Origin: Clostridia bacterium
GTDB taxonomy: Bacteria > Bacillota > Clostridia > Monoglobales > Monoglobaceae
Reading direction: 5' to 3'
Assembly (NCBI GenBank): GCA_045648175.1
Contig: JAZRNN010000029.1
Coordinates: forward strand, 9,414 to 73,413
Length of the DNA: 64,000 nucleotides
Positions 46,233 to 55,473 of the stretch are shown one piece after another. A program made the translations under genes and the position numbers. Each line of letters starts with the position of its first letter. Position 1 is the first letter of the stretch. A model generated the notes under the pieces. The model was given only the letters and a program-made list of their open reading frames with translations, ran no database searches and had not been told where the DNA came from.

Positions 46233-47567
46233 GTGAAATCGTTTTATAGAAGCTTTTTTCTGCTTTTGGTACCAATGGCGCTAAAGGAACTTGTGGCGGC
46301 ACTTATTAATCTGCTTGATAGCGTAATGCTTGGTGGATTTGGGAAGGACGTTATTGCGGCAATAGGAATTGCCAATCAGTGGTATTTCTTTTTTGGGGTT
46401 CTTACTTTTGGCATCTGCGGCGGTGCAGGAGTGTTTGCGGCACAGTATTGGGGTGCAAATAATATAGGCAAGGTGCGTAAGGTTTTGGGAATAAATCTCC
46501 TTCTTGTGACGTTGGTTTCGACAGCATTTATTTTAGTCTCAGTTTGTGCACCTGAATTTATAATACGAATTTTTCGTAAAGATGTTGCGGTGGTAGACTA
46601 TGGCGTGCGTTATCTCAGGATTGCTTGCTTTTCGTACCTTTTTTCGGGAATTACAGCAGCTTATGATATGAGTCTTTGCTGTAGCGAGAAGGCGAATATT
46701 CCGTTTATAGCAAGATTTGTAGGGCTTTTTGTAAATATCTTTATGAACTGGGTGCTTATATTTGGAAAGCTGGGATTACCTGAACTGGGTGTCGAAGGTG
46801 CGGCGATTGCAACAATCATTGCCCGAGCATCAGAACTTGGAATAATTTTATGCGTTGTTTATAAAAAGAAGCTTATTCAGGCAGCAAACGTATTTGAACT
46901 TATTAAAATACCCAAGGGTATGATTGGCGGGTATTTTAAAGCGGCGCTGCCGGTTACTCTTAATGAAGGGGCTTGGGCGCTTGGAACAATTGTTTACTCC
47001 TGGGTGTTTTCCCAGATAAGCACAGATGCAGTAGTGATTATAACCATAGTGCAGAATATTGAAAGGCTATTGCTTGTGTTCTTTCATGGTGGCGGAAATG
47101 CTGCGGGAATTCTTGTTGGAAAACTTGTTGGTGCAGGAGAGAGCGAGCAGGCGTATTTGGTTTCTAAAAAACTATGCTTTATGAATATGGCGTTTTCTTT
47201 GTGCATTTCTGTTGTGTTTGTTATAATAAGACCGCTTGTTTTGATTCCCTATAATATAACGCCGGAGATTTATTCTGAGGCTTTGAGGATTTTGTTTATG
47301 ACTGCCATTATTATGAATGTTAAGGCTTTAACGTTTTTCTTTATAGTAGGAATATTCCGAAATGGCGGAGACACAAGGAGTGCCGCAATTATAGATATTG
47401 TATCAATGTGGCTTGTGGGAGTTCCTTTGGCAATTATATCAGGTCTAGTCTTTAAGCTTCCTCTTGTGGTAATATATCTCTGTATGATGGGAGAAGAAGT
47501 GATAAAGCTTGTGCTTTTAATCCCAAGATTTATTAGTAAGAAGTGGATAAAAAATTTAGTTAGATGA
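46233..47567 (+). CDS. MATE family efflux transporter.
   Basis: 444 aa with 12 predicted TM segments and a typical MatE N-terminus (LLVPMALKELVAALINLLDSVMLG). Confidence 0.88.
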   Translation: MKSFYRSFFLLLVPMALKELVAALINLLDSVMLGGFGKDVIAAIGIANQWYFFFGVLTFGICGGAGVFAAQYWGANNIGKVRKVLGINLLLVTLVSTAFILVSVCAPEFIIRIFRKDVAVVDYGVRYLRIACFSYLFSGITAAYDMSLCCSEKANIPFIARFVGLFVNIFMNWVLIFGKLGLPELGVEGAAIATIIARASELGIILCVVYKKKLIQAANVFELIKIPKGMIGGYFKAALPVTLNEGAWALGTIVYSWVFSQISTDAVVIITIVQNIERLLLVFFHGGGNAAGILVGKLVGAGESEQAYLVSKKLCFMNMAFSLCISVVFVIIRPLVLIPYNITPEIYSEALRILFMTAIIMNVKALTFFFIVGIFRNGGDTRSAAIIDIVSMWLVGVPLAIISGLVFKLPLVVIYLCMMGEEVIKLVLLIPRFISKKWIKNLVR

Positions 47568-47571
47568 CAAA

Positions 47572-47587
47572 TGTTTCACGTGAAACA
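47572..47587. promoter_or_regulatory. parS: parS centromere site 1 (TGTTTCACGTGAAACA).
   Basis: Perfect 16-bp palindrome that matches the Firmicute parS consensus TGTTNCACGTGAAACA. It lies 4 nt after the MATE stop and upstream of soj-spo0J. Confidence 0.9.
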
Positions 47588-47589
47588 TT

Positions 47590-47627
47590 GGGGCAACACG
47601 GTCTTTGTAAGTGGTTGCTCCTTTTTT
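47590..47627 (+). terminator. Rho-independent terminator of the MATE gene, lying between the two parS sites.
   Basis: GGGGCAAC...GTTGCTCC stem (one G-U pair) followed by TTTTTT. Confidence 0.55.
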
Positions 47628-47661
47628 GTTTGAAAATATTGGTTCCCACACAGTGTAAAAA

Positions 47662-47677
47662 TGTTTCACGTGAAACA
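47662..47677. promoter_or_regulatory. parS: parS centromere site 2 (TGTTTCACGTGAAACA).
   Basis: Identical perfect palindrome exactly 90 bp from site 1. The flanking AAATG...is also shared. Confidence 0.9.
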
Positions 47678-47696
47678 ATTTTTTTGTTATTATATA

Positions 47697-47725
47697 TTGT
47701 AATTTTTCGAAAAAAGTGGTAGAAT
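47697..47725 (+). promoter_or_regulatory. Putative sigmaA promoter of soj-spo0J.
   Basis: TTGTAA, a 17-nt spacer, then TAGAAT with a TG extended -10 (gTGgTAGAAT), 30 nt upstream of the soj ATG. Confidence 0.5.
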
Positions 47726-47754
47726 GAATATACATCATAAAAAGGGGGAGTACA

Positions 47755-48519
47755 ATGGGAAAGGTTATTGCAATTGCAAACCAAAAAGGCGGCGTTGGCA
47801 AGACTACAACTGCAGTTAATCTTAGCGCTTGTCTTGGGAAGCTGGGAAAAAAAACTCTGCTTATAGATATTGACCCGCAAGGCAATACCACAAGTGGTAT
47901 TGGTGTTGACCCAAGGACGGTAGAGGCTTCTGTGTATGACTGTATTATAAATGATGTGCCGATGAGCGAGATTTTAATTGATACGGGATTTGATAATCTT
48001 TGGATATGTCCGTCAAATATTAATTTGGCAGGTGCGGAATTAGAGCTTGTTATGAAAGAAAATCGCGAGTATGTGCTGAAAAATTCAATAAATGAAATAA
48101 AAAAAGACTTTGATTTTATATTTATTGACTGTCCGCCCTCGCTTGGTCTTATAACGTTGAATTCATTTTCGGCAGCGGATTCCATTCTTGTGCCTATTCA
48201 GTGTGAGTATTATGCGCTTGAAGGTTTAAGTCAATTGACAAATACAATAAAAATGGTAAAAAAAGGCCTGAATCCGGAGCTACAGATGGAAGGCGTGTTG
48301 CTGACAATGTTTGATGCAAGAACAAATCTTTCAATCCAAGTAGTTGATGAAGTAAAGAAGTTCTTTCGCGATAAAGTGTACAGCACGATAATTCCTCGAA
48401 ATGTAAGACTTTCAGAGGCTCCCAGCTTTGGTATGCCAATTATCGAATATGATAAGCATTCCAAAGGAGCAGAATGCTATACCAATTTGGCAAAGGAACT
48501 TGTCGCACGCAATAAATAA
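47755..48519 (+). CDS. soj: Chromosome partitioning ATPase ParA/Soj.
   Basis: 254 aa with the deviant Walker A motif NQKGGVGKTTTAVNL. Confidence 0.96.
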   Translation: MGKVIAIANQKGGVGKTTTAVNLSACLGKLGKKTLLIDIDPQGNTTSGIGVDPRTVEASVYDCIINDVPMSEILIDTGFDNLWICPSNINLAGAELELVMKENREYVLKNSINEIKKDFDFIFIDCPPSLGLITLNSFSAADSILVPIQCEYYALEGLSQLTNTIKMVKKGLNPELQMEGVLLTMFDARTNLSIQVVDEVKKFFRDKVYSTIIPRNVRLSEAPSFGMPIIEYDKHSKGAECYTNLAKELVARNK

Positions 48520-48554
48520 AAACATCCTTGCTTTAAAAAAAGGAGTGATATAAT

Positions 48555-49451
48555 ATGGCAGAAAAAAAGAAACCAACAAAAAAAGCTATGGGCCGTGGGT
48601 TAGGTGCATTTTTTGATGATATTACAGAAAATATTGTGTCCGAAGAGCCCATAAAGAAGGCGAAAAGTGATGGTGTGAGGGTTTTCAAAATCAGAGATAT
48701 TGAGCCTAATCCCGAACAGCCCCGAAAATACTTTGAAAAAGAAAAGCTGGAGGCTTTGGCAAATTCTATTAAGGAGCATGGCCTTATTCAACCGATTGTA
48801 GTAAAGAGACAAAGCAACGGGATGTATCAAATCGTTGCCGGAGAGCGAAGATGGCGTGCGGCAAAGCTTGCCGGGCTGACAGAGGTGCCTTGTGTTGAGG
48901 GTGAGTATACCGAAAAGCAGGTTATGGAGCTTGCTCTGGTTGAAAATCTGCAACGTGAGGACCTTAATCCCATTGAAGAGGCAGAAGGTTATCGAAAATT
49001 AATTGATACTTTTGGTCTTACGCAGGAAGATGTGGCAGAACGTGTAGGAAGAAGTCGCAGTGCGATTGCTAATTCCTTAAGACTCAACGGCCTTTCTGCG
49101 AAAATAAAGAAAATGGTAATTGTCGGCGACCTTACACAAGGTCACGCAAGGGCTCTTCTTTCAATCGAAAAGGAAGCTGACCGTATTGCTCTTGCTGAAA
49201 AAATTGTTGCAGATGGACTCAATGTTCGCCAAGTTGAAAAGCTGGTCGCAATGTTTGGCGTAGAAAAGATAAAACCAGCTGCGGTTGCCCCTGACAAAAA
49301 TCTTGAAAAATATTTTAAGGATCTTGCTAGTGATATTTCCGGCAGACTTGGGGCCAAGGTGACCATCAAAAATGGAAAAAATAAAGGTAAAATCGAAATT
49401 GAATATTTTAGCAATGCCGAGCTCGAAGGGATAGTGGAAAAGTTAAAATAA
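48555..49451 (+). CDS. spo0J: Chromosome partitioning protein ParB/Spo0J.
   Basis: 298 aa with the ParB box IQPIVVKR...YQIVAGERRWRAAKLAG and an HTH region. Confidence 0.96.
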   Translation: MAEKKKPTKKAMGRGLGAFFDDITENIVSEEPIKKAKSDGVRVFKIRDIEPNPEQPRKYFEKEKLEALANSIKEHGLIQPIVVKRQSNGMYQIVAGERRWRAAKLAGLTEVPCVEGEYTEKQVMELALVENLQREDLNPIEEAEGYRKLIDTFGLTQEDVAERVGRSRSAIANSLRLNGLSAKIKKMVIVGDLTQGHARALLSIEKEADRIALAEKIVADGLNVRQVEKLVAMFGVEKIKPAAVAPDKNLEKYFKDLASDISGRLGAKVTIKNGKNKGKIEIEYFSNAELEGIVEKLK

Positions 49452-49600
49452 GTAAATTTTTGTAAAAAAGTGGAAAAATGCCGCCTTTAAAATGTGTTCT
49501 TAAATTGCAAAATTGAGAATGAGCAATGAAGAGATATTAAAATTACACCAATTGGGGTTAAGGGGCAAAAATTTGCGTTTAAACGGCAAGGGGGTTAAAA

Positions 49601-50011
49601 ATGAAAAAGAACAATAAGCGTATTTTCTTGTTTAATATAGTTTTGCTTGTTTGTGTATCTTTATTTGTAATTACCGGATGCACACCCCACAAAAAAACAG
49701 ATGACAATGAAATCTCTTATAAAAATATGTTTGAGGAAAATCAGCAGGCTTTAAAATTTCTTGAAGAAGAAAACGCAGAGCTTAAAGAGGAAAATAATTT
49801 GTTGCAAACAAAACTTGCACAGGCATTGTCAGAGAAGTCGGATATTACAACACACAATCAAGCGTTAGCGGACTTGATTGATATTTATGAACTGTACAAA
49901 TTCGGAAATAAGGATGAGGCCTCAAAAAATTTTAAAAAAATCGAGCCTATGGGATTTGATGATGCGACCTTGGCTTACTATAAAATCTTAAAAGACATTT
50001 TAGAAAAATAA
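49601..50011 (+). CDS. Putative lipoprotein with a coiled-coil segment, function unknown.
   Basis: 136 aa with a signal peptide, a lipobox-like VITGC and a heptad-like stretch (ENAELKEENNLLQTKLAQALSEK). Confidence 0.7.
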   Translation: MKKNNKRIFLFNIVLLVCVSLFVITGCTPHKKTDDNEISYKNMFEENQQALKFLEEENAELKEENNLLQTKLAQALSEKSDITTHNQALADLIDIYELYKFGNKDEASKNFKKIEPMGFDDATLAYYKILKDILEK

Positions 50012-50063
50012 AGAAGCAAATAATTGAAAAATTTAGCCAGATCGGCAGAATGGAGAAATTCAA

Positions 50064-51347
50064 ATGATAGACATTAAAATTTTAAGAAACGAACCCGAAA
50101 AACTTATTGAAGCACTTAAGCGTAGAAAAGAAGACAGAATTGATATTGACCATCTTCTTGAGCTTGACAAGCAGCGCAGAGAAATGGTTTTCAATGTTGA
50201 ACAGATGAAAAGCAAGCAGAATACCATTTCCAAACAAATTCCTCAGTTGAAAAAAGAGGGCAAGGATACTGCGCCTATTTTTGCTGAAATGAAGGTTTTA
50301 TCGGATGACATTAAGAAAATTGATGATCAGGTAAGGGAAATTGATGAAGAAATTGAAAAGATTATGTACACGATCCCCAATATTGCAAACCCAACTGTTC
50401 CCGAGGGTGACACTGATGAAGATAATATTGAGATAAGAAGATTTATGGAGCCTACCAAGTTTGATTTTGAACCAAAGGCGCATTGGGATTTAGGTGAAGA
50501 TTTGGGCATTCTTGACCCTGCAACAGCGGCAAAGATTACTGGTGCAAGATTTACTGTATATCACGGGGCAGGGGCACAGCTTGAAAGAGCGGTTATTAAC
50601 TTCTATCTTGATACACATACCAACCAAAATGGATATAAAGAAATTTTCCCACCCTATATGGTACACCGCAACAGTATGGTAGGGACTGGACAGCTTCCAA
50701 AGTTTGAAGAAGATGCATTCAAAGTTGCAAACACCGACTATTTCCTTGTTCCTACAGCCGAGGTTCCTGTAACAAATATGCACAGGGATGAAATTCTTGA
50801 CGGCAGCAAATTGCCCATTAAATATTGTGCGTACACTGCGTGCTTCAGAGCAGAGGCAGGAAGCGCCGGTAGAGACACCCGAGGTCTTATTCGTCAGCAT
50901 CAGTTCAACAAGGTTGAGCTTGTTAAATTTGCTAATCCCGAAAATTCATATGAAGAGCTTGAAAGCTTAGTTAACGATGCAGAATCAGTTCTTAAGCTTC
51001 TTAAACTTCCATACCGTGTGGTTAAGATTTGTATTGGTGACCTTGGATTTACTGCAGCAATGAAGTATGATATTGAAGTTTGGATGCCAAGTTACAACAG
51101 ATTCGTTGAAATTTCTTCTTGCAGTAACTTTGAAGATTTCCAGGCAAGACGTGCAAATATCAAGTTTAAAAACAGCGTAAAGGATAAGGCTCAGCTTGTT
51201 CATACGCTTAATGGTTCGGGTGTTGCAATCGGCAGAACAGTTGCGGCAATCCTTGAAAACTATCAGAATGCAGACGGAAGTATTACTGTTCCTGAGGTTT
51301 TGAGACCGTATATGGGAGGCAAGGAAACCATCTTTCCCGAAAAATAA
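50064..51347 (+). CDS. serS: Serine--tRNA ligase.
   Basis: 427 aa with an N-terminal coiled-coil arm and class II motifs ([30 protein letters not shown]). Confidence 0.97.
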   Translation: MIDIKILRNEPEKLIEALKRRKEDRIDIDHLLELDKQRREMVFNVEQMKSKQNTISKQIPQLKKEGKDTAPIFAEMKVLSDDIKKIDDQVREIDEEIEKIMYTIPNIANPTVPEGDTDEDNIEIRRFMEPTKFDFEPKAHWDLGEDLGILDPATAAKITGARFTVYHGAGAQLERAVINFYLDTHTNQNGYKEIFPPYMVHRNSMVGTGQLPKFEEDAFKVANTDYFLVPTAEVPVTNMHRDEILDGSKLPIKYCAYTACFRAEAGSAGRDTRGLIRQHQFNKVELVKFANPENSYEELESLVNDAESVLKLLKLPYRVVKICIGDLGFTAAMKYDIEVWMPSYNRFVEISSCSNFEDFQARRANIKFKNSVKDKAQLVHTLNGSGVAIGRTVAAILENYQNADGSITVPEVLRPYMGGKETIFPEK

Positions 51348-51363
51348 TTAATTCAAACATATA

Positions 51364-51393
51364 AAAAGCGAACACATTTGTGTTCGCTTTTTA
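51364..51393. terminator. Bidirectional terminator between serS and the pyridoxal kinase gene.
   Basis: AAAAAGCGAACAC-ATTT-GTGTTCGCTTTTT. Confidence 0.85.
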
Positions 51394-51414
51394 TATGGCA
51401 AAAATCAAAGTATG

Positions 51415-52284
51415 TTAAAGATTTTTGTTAAAAAACTTTGCCATAATGGGTTCAAAAATTGAACCATGTTCAATTTTAATATCGGGGTATTTCATAGTTT
51501 CCGCAATTGCTTCCTTGATAAAATCAACAGCCAGGGTTGATGCTTCATGCATTGATTTACCCTGCAAAAGACCGCCAGTAAGAACTGCTGCAAAAATATC
51601 TCCTGTTCCGTGAAAAGGACGGTTGACATATCCACAGTCTAAAAAGGCAATTTTGTTTATGGTTTTATCAAGTACACAGGTGCACATTTTATCTGCAGCG
51701 GTCATAACAGAGGTTATAGCAATTTTTTGAGGACCAAGCTCCGATAAAGCGTAAAGAATTTCTGTAATTTCATCTTCTGTCACGGGGCGCTTGGGGTATT
51801 TTTTGCCTAGCAGTAAGCAGGCCTCGGTGAGGTTTGGGGTAATTACATCAGCAAGACCCACAAAATTTTTCATTGAAGTAAGAAGGTCGTTCATTCTATC
51901 ATAATAAACGGTTTCTGCTTCGGACAAGTCGTTATCACCAAGAACTGGGTCAATGATGGTGATGAACCCCGGCTTTTTTTGTGTCTTAATAAAATCCGTG
52001 AGAATTTCAATCTGACGGGGACTGCCTAGATAACCTGTGCAGATGCCGTTAAAAGAAATGCCTAAATCCTGCCAGTGATTAAGAATTTTTGGCATTTCAT
52101 CGGTTAAATCGCAAAATGTATAATTCTCAAAATGATATGTATGTGTAGAAAGAACTGCTGTAGGCAAAGGACAAACCTCCGCACCCATTGCAGAAAGTAT
52201 GGGAATTGCTTCGGTCAAGGAAACCCGACAAAACCCTGAAAGGTCATTAACTGCAACAACACGGGGTATGTAATTTGGTATCAT
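51415..52284 (-). CDS. pdxK: Pyridoxal/pyridoxamine kinase (PdxK/PdxY family).
   Basis: 289 aa ribokinase-like fold with the C-terminal GTGDIFAA motif. Confidence 0.85.
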   Translation of the reverse strand: MIPNYIPRVVAVNDLSGFCRVSLTEAIPILSAMGAEVCPLPTAVLSTHTYHFENYTFCDLTDEMPKILNHWQDLGISFNGICTGYLGSPRQIEILTDFIKTQKKPGFITIIDPVLGDNDLSEAETVYYDRMNDLLTSMKNFVGLADVITPNLTEACLLLGKKYPKRPVTEDEITEILYALSELGPQKIAITSVMTAADKMCTCVLDKTINKIAFLDCGYVNRPFHGTGDIFAAVLTGGLLQGKSMHEASTLAVDFIKEAIAETMKYPDIKIEHGSIFEPIMAKFFNKNL

Positions 52285-52328
52285 AATAGCATCTCCTTTG
52301 TTTGAACATTGTTCAATTTAATAGTGTG

Positions 52329-53036
52329 TTACGGAACTAAAAGTTTCATCTCATCTTCAGTAAGCTCCCGTACAGCCCCTAATGGTAAAGATTCATCCAG
52401 GTGTAGGTTGTTCATTTTGGTGCGTTTAAGATAAAGAACTTTATTATCAATAGCTTCAAACATTCGTTTTACCTGATGGAATTTACCTTCGTTTATTACA
52501 ATCTCTGCAAAATACGGCTCTGTCGGTGAAAGACTTTTTAATATTGCGGGCATAGTTTTATAGCCATCATCCAATGTTACGCCGTCGGAAAATTTTAAAA
52601 TATCTGAGTCTGTTACAGGTTTTTCAATCTGTGCTACATAGGTTTTGGGAATATGTTTCTTGGGTGCAAGCAATCTGTGAGTCAGGTCGCCGTCATTGGT
52701 AAGAAGCAAAAAACCTTCGGTATCAATATCAAGTCTGCCTACGGGAAAGGGCTCAAAATGTAAATATTCCTCGGGAATAAGGTCCATAACGGTTGGGGTT
52801 TTTCCGTCACGGGTGGCTGAAATATAGCCTTGCGGTTTGTTGAGCATAAGATAGATGAAGCGTCGGTAGACGACTTCTTTTCCCGAAAGAGTAACTATAT
52901 CGCAATCAATATTAAGGTGAATATCTGGTTTTGTTATAGGTTTTCCACCTATAGCAACCGTACCTGAACGGATTAATTTTTTCACTTCTGTTCGGGTGCC
53001 TACACCGCATTCTGCTAGAAATCTGTCAAGCCGCAT
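52329..53036 (-). CDS. rsuA: rRNA pseudouridine synthase (RsuA/RluB family) with an N-terminal S4 domain.
   Basis: 235 aa with MRLDRFLA (S4 domain) and the catalytic GRLDIDTEGFLLLTNDG. Confidence 0.9.
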   Translation of the reverse strand: MRLDRFLAECGVGTRTEVKKLIRSGTVAIGGKPITKPDIHLNIDCDIVTLSGKEVVYRRFIYLMLNKPQGYISATRDGKTPTVMDLIPEEYLHFEPFPVGRLDIDTEGFLLLTNDGDLTHRLLAPKKHIPKTYVAQIEKPVTDSDILKFSDGVTLDDGYKTMPAILKSLSPTEPYFAEIVINEGKFHQVKRMFEAIDNKVLYLKRTKMNNLHLDESLPLGAVRELTEDEMKLLVP

Positions 53037-53115
53037 AAAACATTACCTCTTGAATATATTTTCTAAAAATAACATATATTAGTAAAGAGCGTTTGTGCCA
53101 AGAGGAGGTAAAAAA

Positions 53116-53562
53116 TTGAGAATAATACAGTCAGCAAAAAAATACCGATATATTATTGCAACCCTTGCTTTTGCAAGTATACTCCTGATAATAATTGTAG
53201 GTCTTTTCAGCATCGACAATGCCACAAACGAGATGATTGTTGATTATATTGAAGGTTTGGGGTGGGAAATTGAACCCACGCCAAAAGAAATTACTCACCT
53301 AACACTCCCTGAAAGCTTTGATGTGGTTTACGAAACATATAATGCAGTCCAAAAGCATTCGGGATTTAATTTTGAGGAATTCAAAGGCAAAAACGTAACT
53401 CGATACACCTATCTTGTTCTTAACCACAAGGAGTCCGAAAAATCACGGGTTGTGGCGGGAGTCTTTGTTTATGATGACACAATTATTGCCGGGGATATTT
53501 CCTCAACGGATATGAACGGATTTATGCACGCCATAACCGAAACATCAAATATCAGGCAATAA
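53116..53562 (+). CDS. DUF4830-like membrane-anchored protein.
   Basis: ORF track 53095..53562 (GTG). The TTG at 53116 lies 8 nt after a GGAGG RBS and is the more likely start. The product has one N-terminal TM segment followed by YIEGLGWEI...YNAVQKHSGFNFEEFKGKNVTRYTY, as in DUF4830. Confidence 0.7.
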   Translation: MRIIQSAKKYRYIIATLAFASILLIIIVGLFSIDNATNEMIVDYIEGLGWEIEPTPKEITHLTLPESFDVVYETYNAVQKHSGFNFEEFKGKNVTRYTYLVLNHKESEKSRVVAGVFVYDDTIIAGDISSTDMNGFMHAITETSNIRQ

Positions 53563-53616
53563 ACCCTTGCATATTAAAAGTATATCACAAAAAATCCGGT
53601 TTGACTATAGTTTTAC

Positions 53617-53645
53617 TTGACTTTTTTTGATGCAGAGAGTAAAAT
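53617..53645 (+). promoter_or_regulatory. SigmaA promoter of the O-acetylhomoserine sulfhydrylase gene.
   Basis: TTGACT, a 17-nt spacer, then TAAAAT, 25 nt upstream of the ATG at 53670. Confidence 0.55.
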
Positions 53646-53669
53646 AAGTTAAAAAAGGAGGAGTTACCA

Positions 53670-54941
53670 ATGAGAATTGAAACAAAATGTATTCAGTCGG
53701 GATATACACCCGAAAACGGAGAACCCCGTGTTCTTCCTATATATCAAAGCACAACATGGAAGTATAGCTCAACCGAACAGATGGGCAAACTTTTTGACCT
53801 TGAAGAAAGCGGATATTTTTATACACGCCTTGCCAATCCCACAAACGATGCTGTTGCGGCAAAAATTGCAGACCTTGAAGGCGGTGTGGCAGCAATGCTT
53901 ACATCATCGGGGCAGGCGGCTTGCTTTTATTCAATATTTAACATTTGCAATGCTGGCGATCACTTTATTTGTTCATCAAGCGTTTATGGCGGAACATTTA
54001 ACCTTTTTGGTGTAACAATGAAAAAGCTGGGCATTGATGTTACATTTATTGACCCTGATTGCGACGAAGATACCTTTAATGCGGAATTCCGTGAAAACAC
54101 AAAGGCTGTTTTTGGTGAAACTATTGCAAACCCTGCGTTGGTTGTGCTTGACATTGAAAAATGGGCAAAGATTGCACATGCACATAATGTACCGCTTATT
54201 ATTGACAATACCTTTGCCACACCGGTTAACTGCCGTCCTTTTGAATGGGGCGCTGATATTGTTGTTCATTCAACAACCAAGTATATGGATGGCCACGCAA
54301 CACAGGTTGGCGGTGCTGTGGTTGACAGCGGTAATTTTGACTGGGAAGCTGCAGGCAAGTTCCCGGGACTTACAACTCCTGATGAATCTTATCACGGAAT
54401 CACCTATACCGAAAAGTTTGGTAAAGCGGCATATATCACAAAGCTTACAGCACAGGTAATGAGAGACTTGGGCTCAATTCCTTCACCCCACAATGCGTTT
54501 CTTCTTAACTTAGGTCTTGAAACCTTGCCTCTGAGAATGGAACGTCATTGCAGTAATGCACAGGCGGTTGCTGAATATCTCAGCCAAAACGATAAAATCT
54601 CATGGGTGAAATATTGTGGACTCAAAGAAGACCAATATTATGACATTGCACAGAAATATTTGCCCAACGGCTCCTGCGGGGTAATCTCTTTTGGCGTTAA
54701 AGGTGGAAGAGAGGCGGCTGTTAAATTTATGGACAGCCTTAAACTTGCGGCAATAGTAACACACGTTGCAGATGCAAGAACATCAGTTCTCCATCCGGCA
54801 AGCCACACCCACAGACAGCTCAATGATGAAGAGTTAAAGGCGGCAGGCGTAACACCTGACCTTATAAGATTCTCGGTGGGCATAGAAAATGTGGAAGATA
54901 TAATCGAAGATATTCAGCAAGCGCTGGACCAATTAAAGTAG
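53670..54941 (+). CDS. metY: O-acetylhomoserine / O-acetylserine sulfhydrylase (PLP-dependent).
   Basis: 423 aa of the Cys/Met metabolism PLP family, with HSTTKYMDGH (PLP lysine). Confidence 0.93.
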   Translation: MRIETKCIQSGYTPENGEPRVLPIYQSTTWKYSSTEQMGKLFDLEESGYFYTRLANPTNDAVAAKIADLEGGVAAMLTSSGQAACFYSIFNICNAGDHFICSSSVYGGTFNLFGVTMKKLGIDVTFIDPDCDEDTFNAEFRENTKAVFGETIANPALVVLDIEKWAKIAHAHNVPLIIDNTFATPVNCRPFEWGADIVVHSTTKYMDGHATQVGGAVVDSGNFDWEAAGKFPGLTTPDESYHGITYTEKFGKAAYITKLTAQVMRDLGSIPSPHNAFLLNLGLETLPLRMERHCSNAQAVAEYLSQNDKISWVKYCGLKEDQYYDIAQKYLPNGSCGVISFGVKGGREAAVKFMDSLKLAAIVTHVADARTSVLHPASHTHRQLNDEELKAAGVTPDLIRFSVGIENVEDIIEDIQQALDQLK

Positions 54942-54960
54942 AATAAAGAAAACCTAAGTA

Positions 54961-54992
54961 AGGGAGTCTTCATCTTTGAAGGCTCTCTTTTG
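54961..54992 (+). terminator. Probable rho-independent terminator after metY.
   Basis: AGGGAGTCTTCA-TCTT-TGAAGGCTCTCT stem (2 mismatches) followed by TTTT. Confidence 0.55.
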
Positions 54993-55070
54993 CAATGCAA
55001 ATGTTATGTGTATTGATAAAGAAATTGGATATATAATTGTATATACAAATGTATTGCAGAGGTGTTATAT

Positions 55071-55247
55071 ATGAGAAAATTTAAAATACCGTCCATTCCA
55101 CCTACAACAAATAAGTGTGTTAGATTTCCTAATGATATAATTGAACAGGTTGAGGAAGCTATTCGAGGCAAAGAGTGTACTTTTTCGGCATTTGTGATTG
55201 AAGCTGTAAGAGTTGCTTTAGAAAATATTTCGGAGAACGATGAATAA
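55071..55247 (+). CDS. Small ribbon-helix-helix (Arc/CopG/YlcI-like) DNA-binding protein, 58 aa.
   Basis: ORF track 55062..55247 (GTG). The ATG at 55071 lies 8 nt after AGAGGTG. The sequence NKCVRFPNDIIEQVEEAI...FSAFVIEAVRVALE has the beta-strand plus two-helix RHH pattern. This family assignment is an inference. Confidence 0.6.
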   Translation: MRKFKIPSIPPTTNKCVRFPNDIIEQVEEAIRGKECTFSAFVIEAVRVALENISENDE

Positions 55248-55473
55248 AGATATTGAAATTAAAATAGGCAAAAATATTAAACAAGCAAGGGAAAGAATAA
55301 AAATGACCCAAGAAGTGCTGGCTGCAAAGCTACAGTTAAGAGGTTGTGATATTACCCGAAGTGCTGTTGCAAAAATTGAAGTTGGGCAAAGGCATTTATA
55401 TCCTGATGAAATAATATTAATCAAGGAAATTATAAATACAGATTTTGACACAATCTTTTACGGTAAAGAGTAA
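55240..55473 (+). CDS. XRE-family helix-turn-helix transcriptional regulator, 77 aa.
   Basis: IGKNIKQARERIKMTQEVLAAKLQLRGCDITRSAVAKIEVGQR is a typical HTH_3 domain. The gene overlaps the upstream ORF by 8 nt, and its stop abuts the comFC ATG. Confidence 0.85.
   Translation: MNKDIEIKIGKNIKQARERIKMTQEVLAAKLQLRGCDITRSAVAKIEVGQRHLYPDEIILIKEIINTDFDTIFYGKE

Noticed and set aside
47542-47550. DnaA-box-like AGTGGATAA near the parS sites, considered as a possible second origin element.
   Set aside because: It is a single 1-mismatch 9-mer inside the MATE coding sequence, with no AT-rich unwinding tract or box cluster. It is expected by chance in 64 kb of AT-rich DNA.
47556-48185. 209-aa and 106-aa minus-strand ORFs overlapping the soj promoter and the soj gene.
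   Set aside because: They are antisense to a well-supported ParA/Soj gene, have no RBS, are compositionally odd, and partly translate the parS palindromes (FHVKHF / MFHVKHL).
49452-50063. T-box leader upstream of serS.
   Set aside because: The serS ATG is only 52 nt from the preceding lipoprotein gene's stop. The 150-nt spacer before that gene shows no T-box motifs, only a GGGGTTAA direct repeat that includes the RBS.
53563-53669. SAM (S-box) riboswitch upstream of the O-acetylhomoserine sulfhydrylase gene.
   Set aside because: The spacer is about 107 nt and is mostly occupied by a TTGACT-17-TAAAAT promoter and the RBS. It is too short and lacks the conserved S-box helices.
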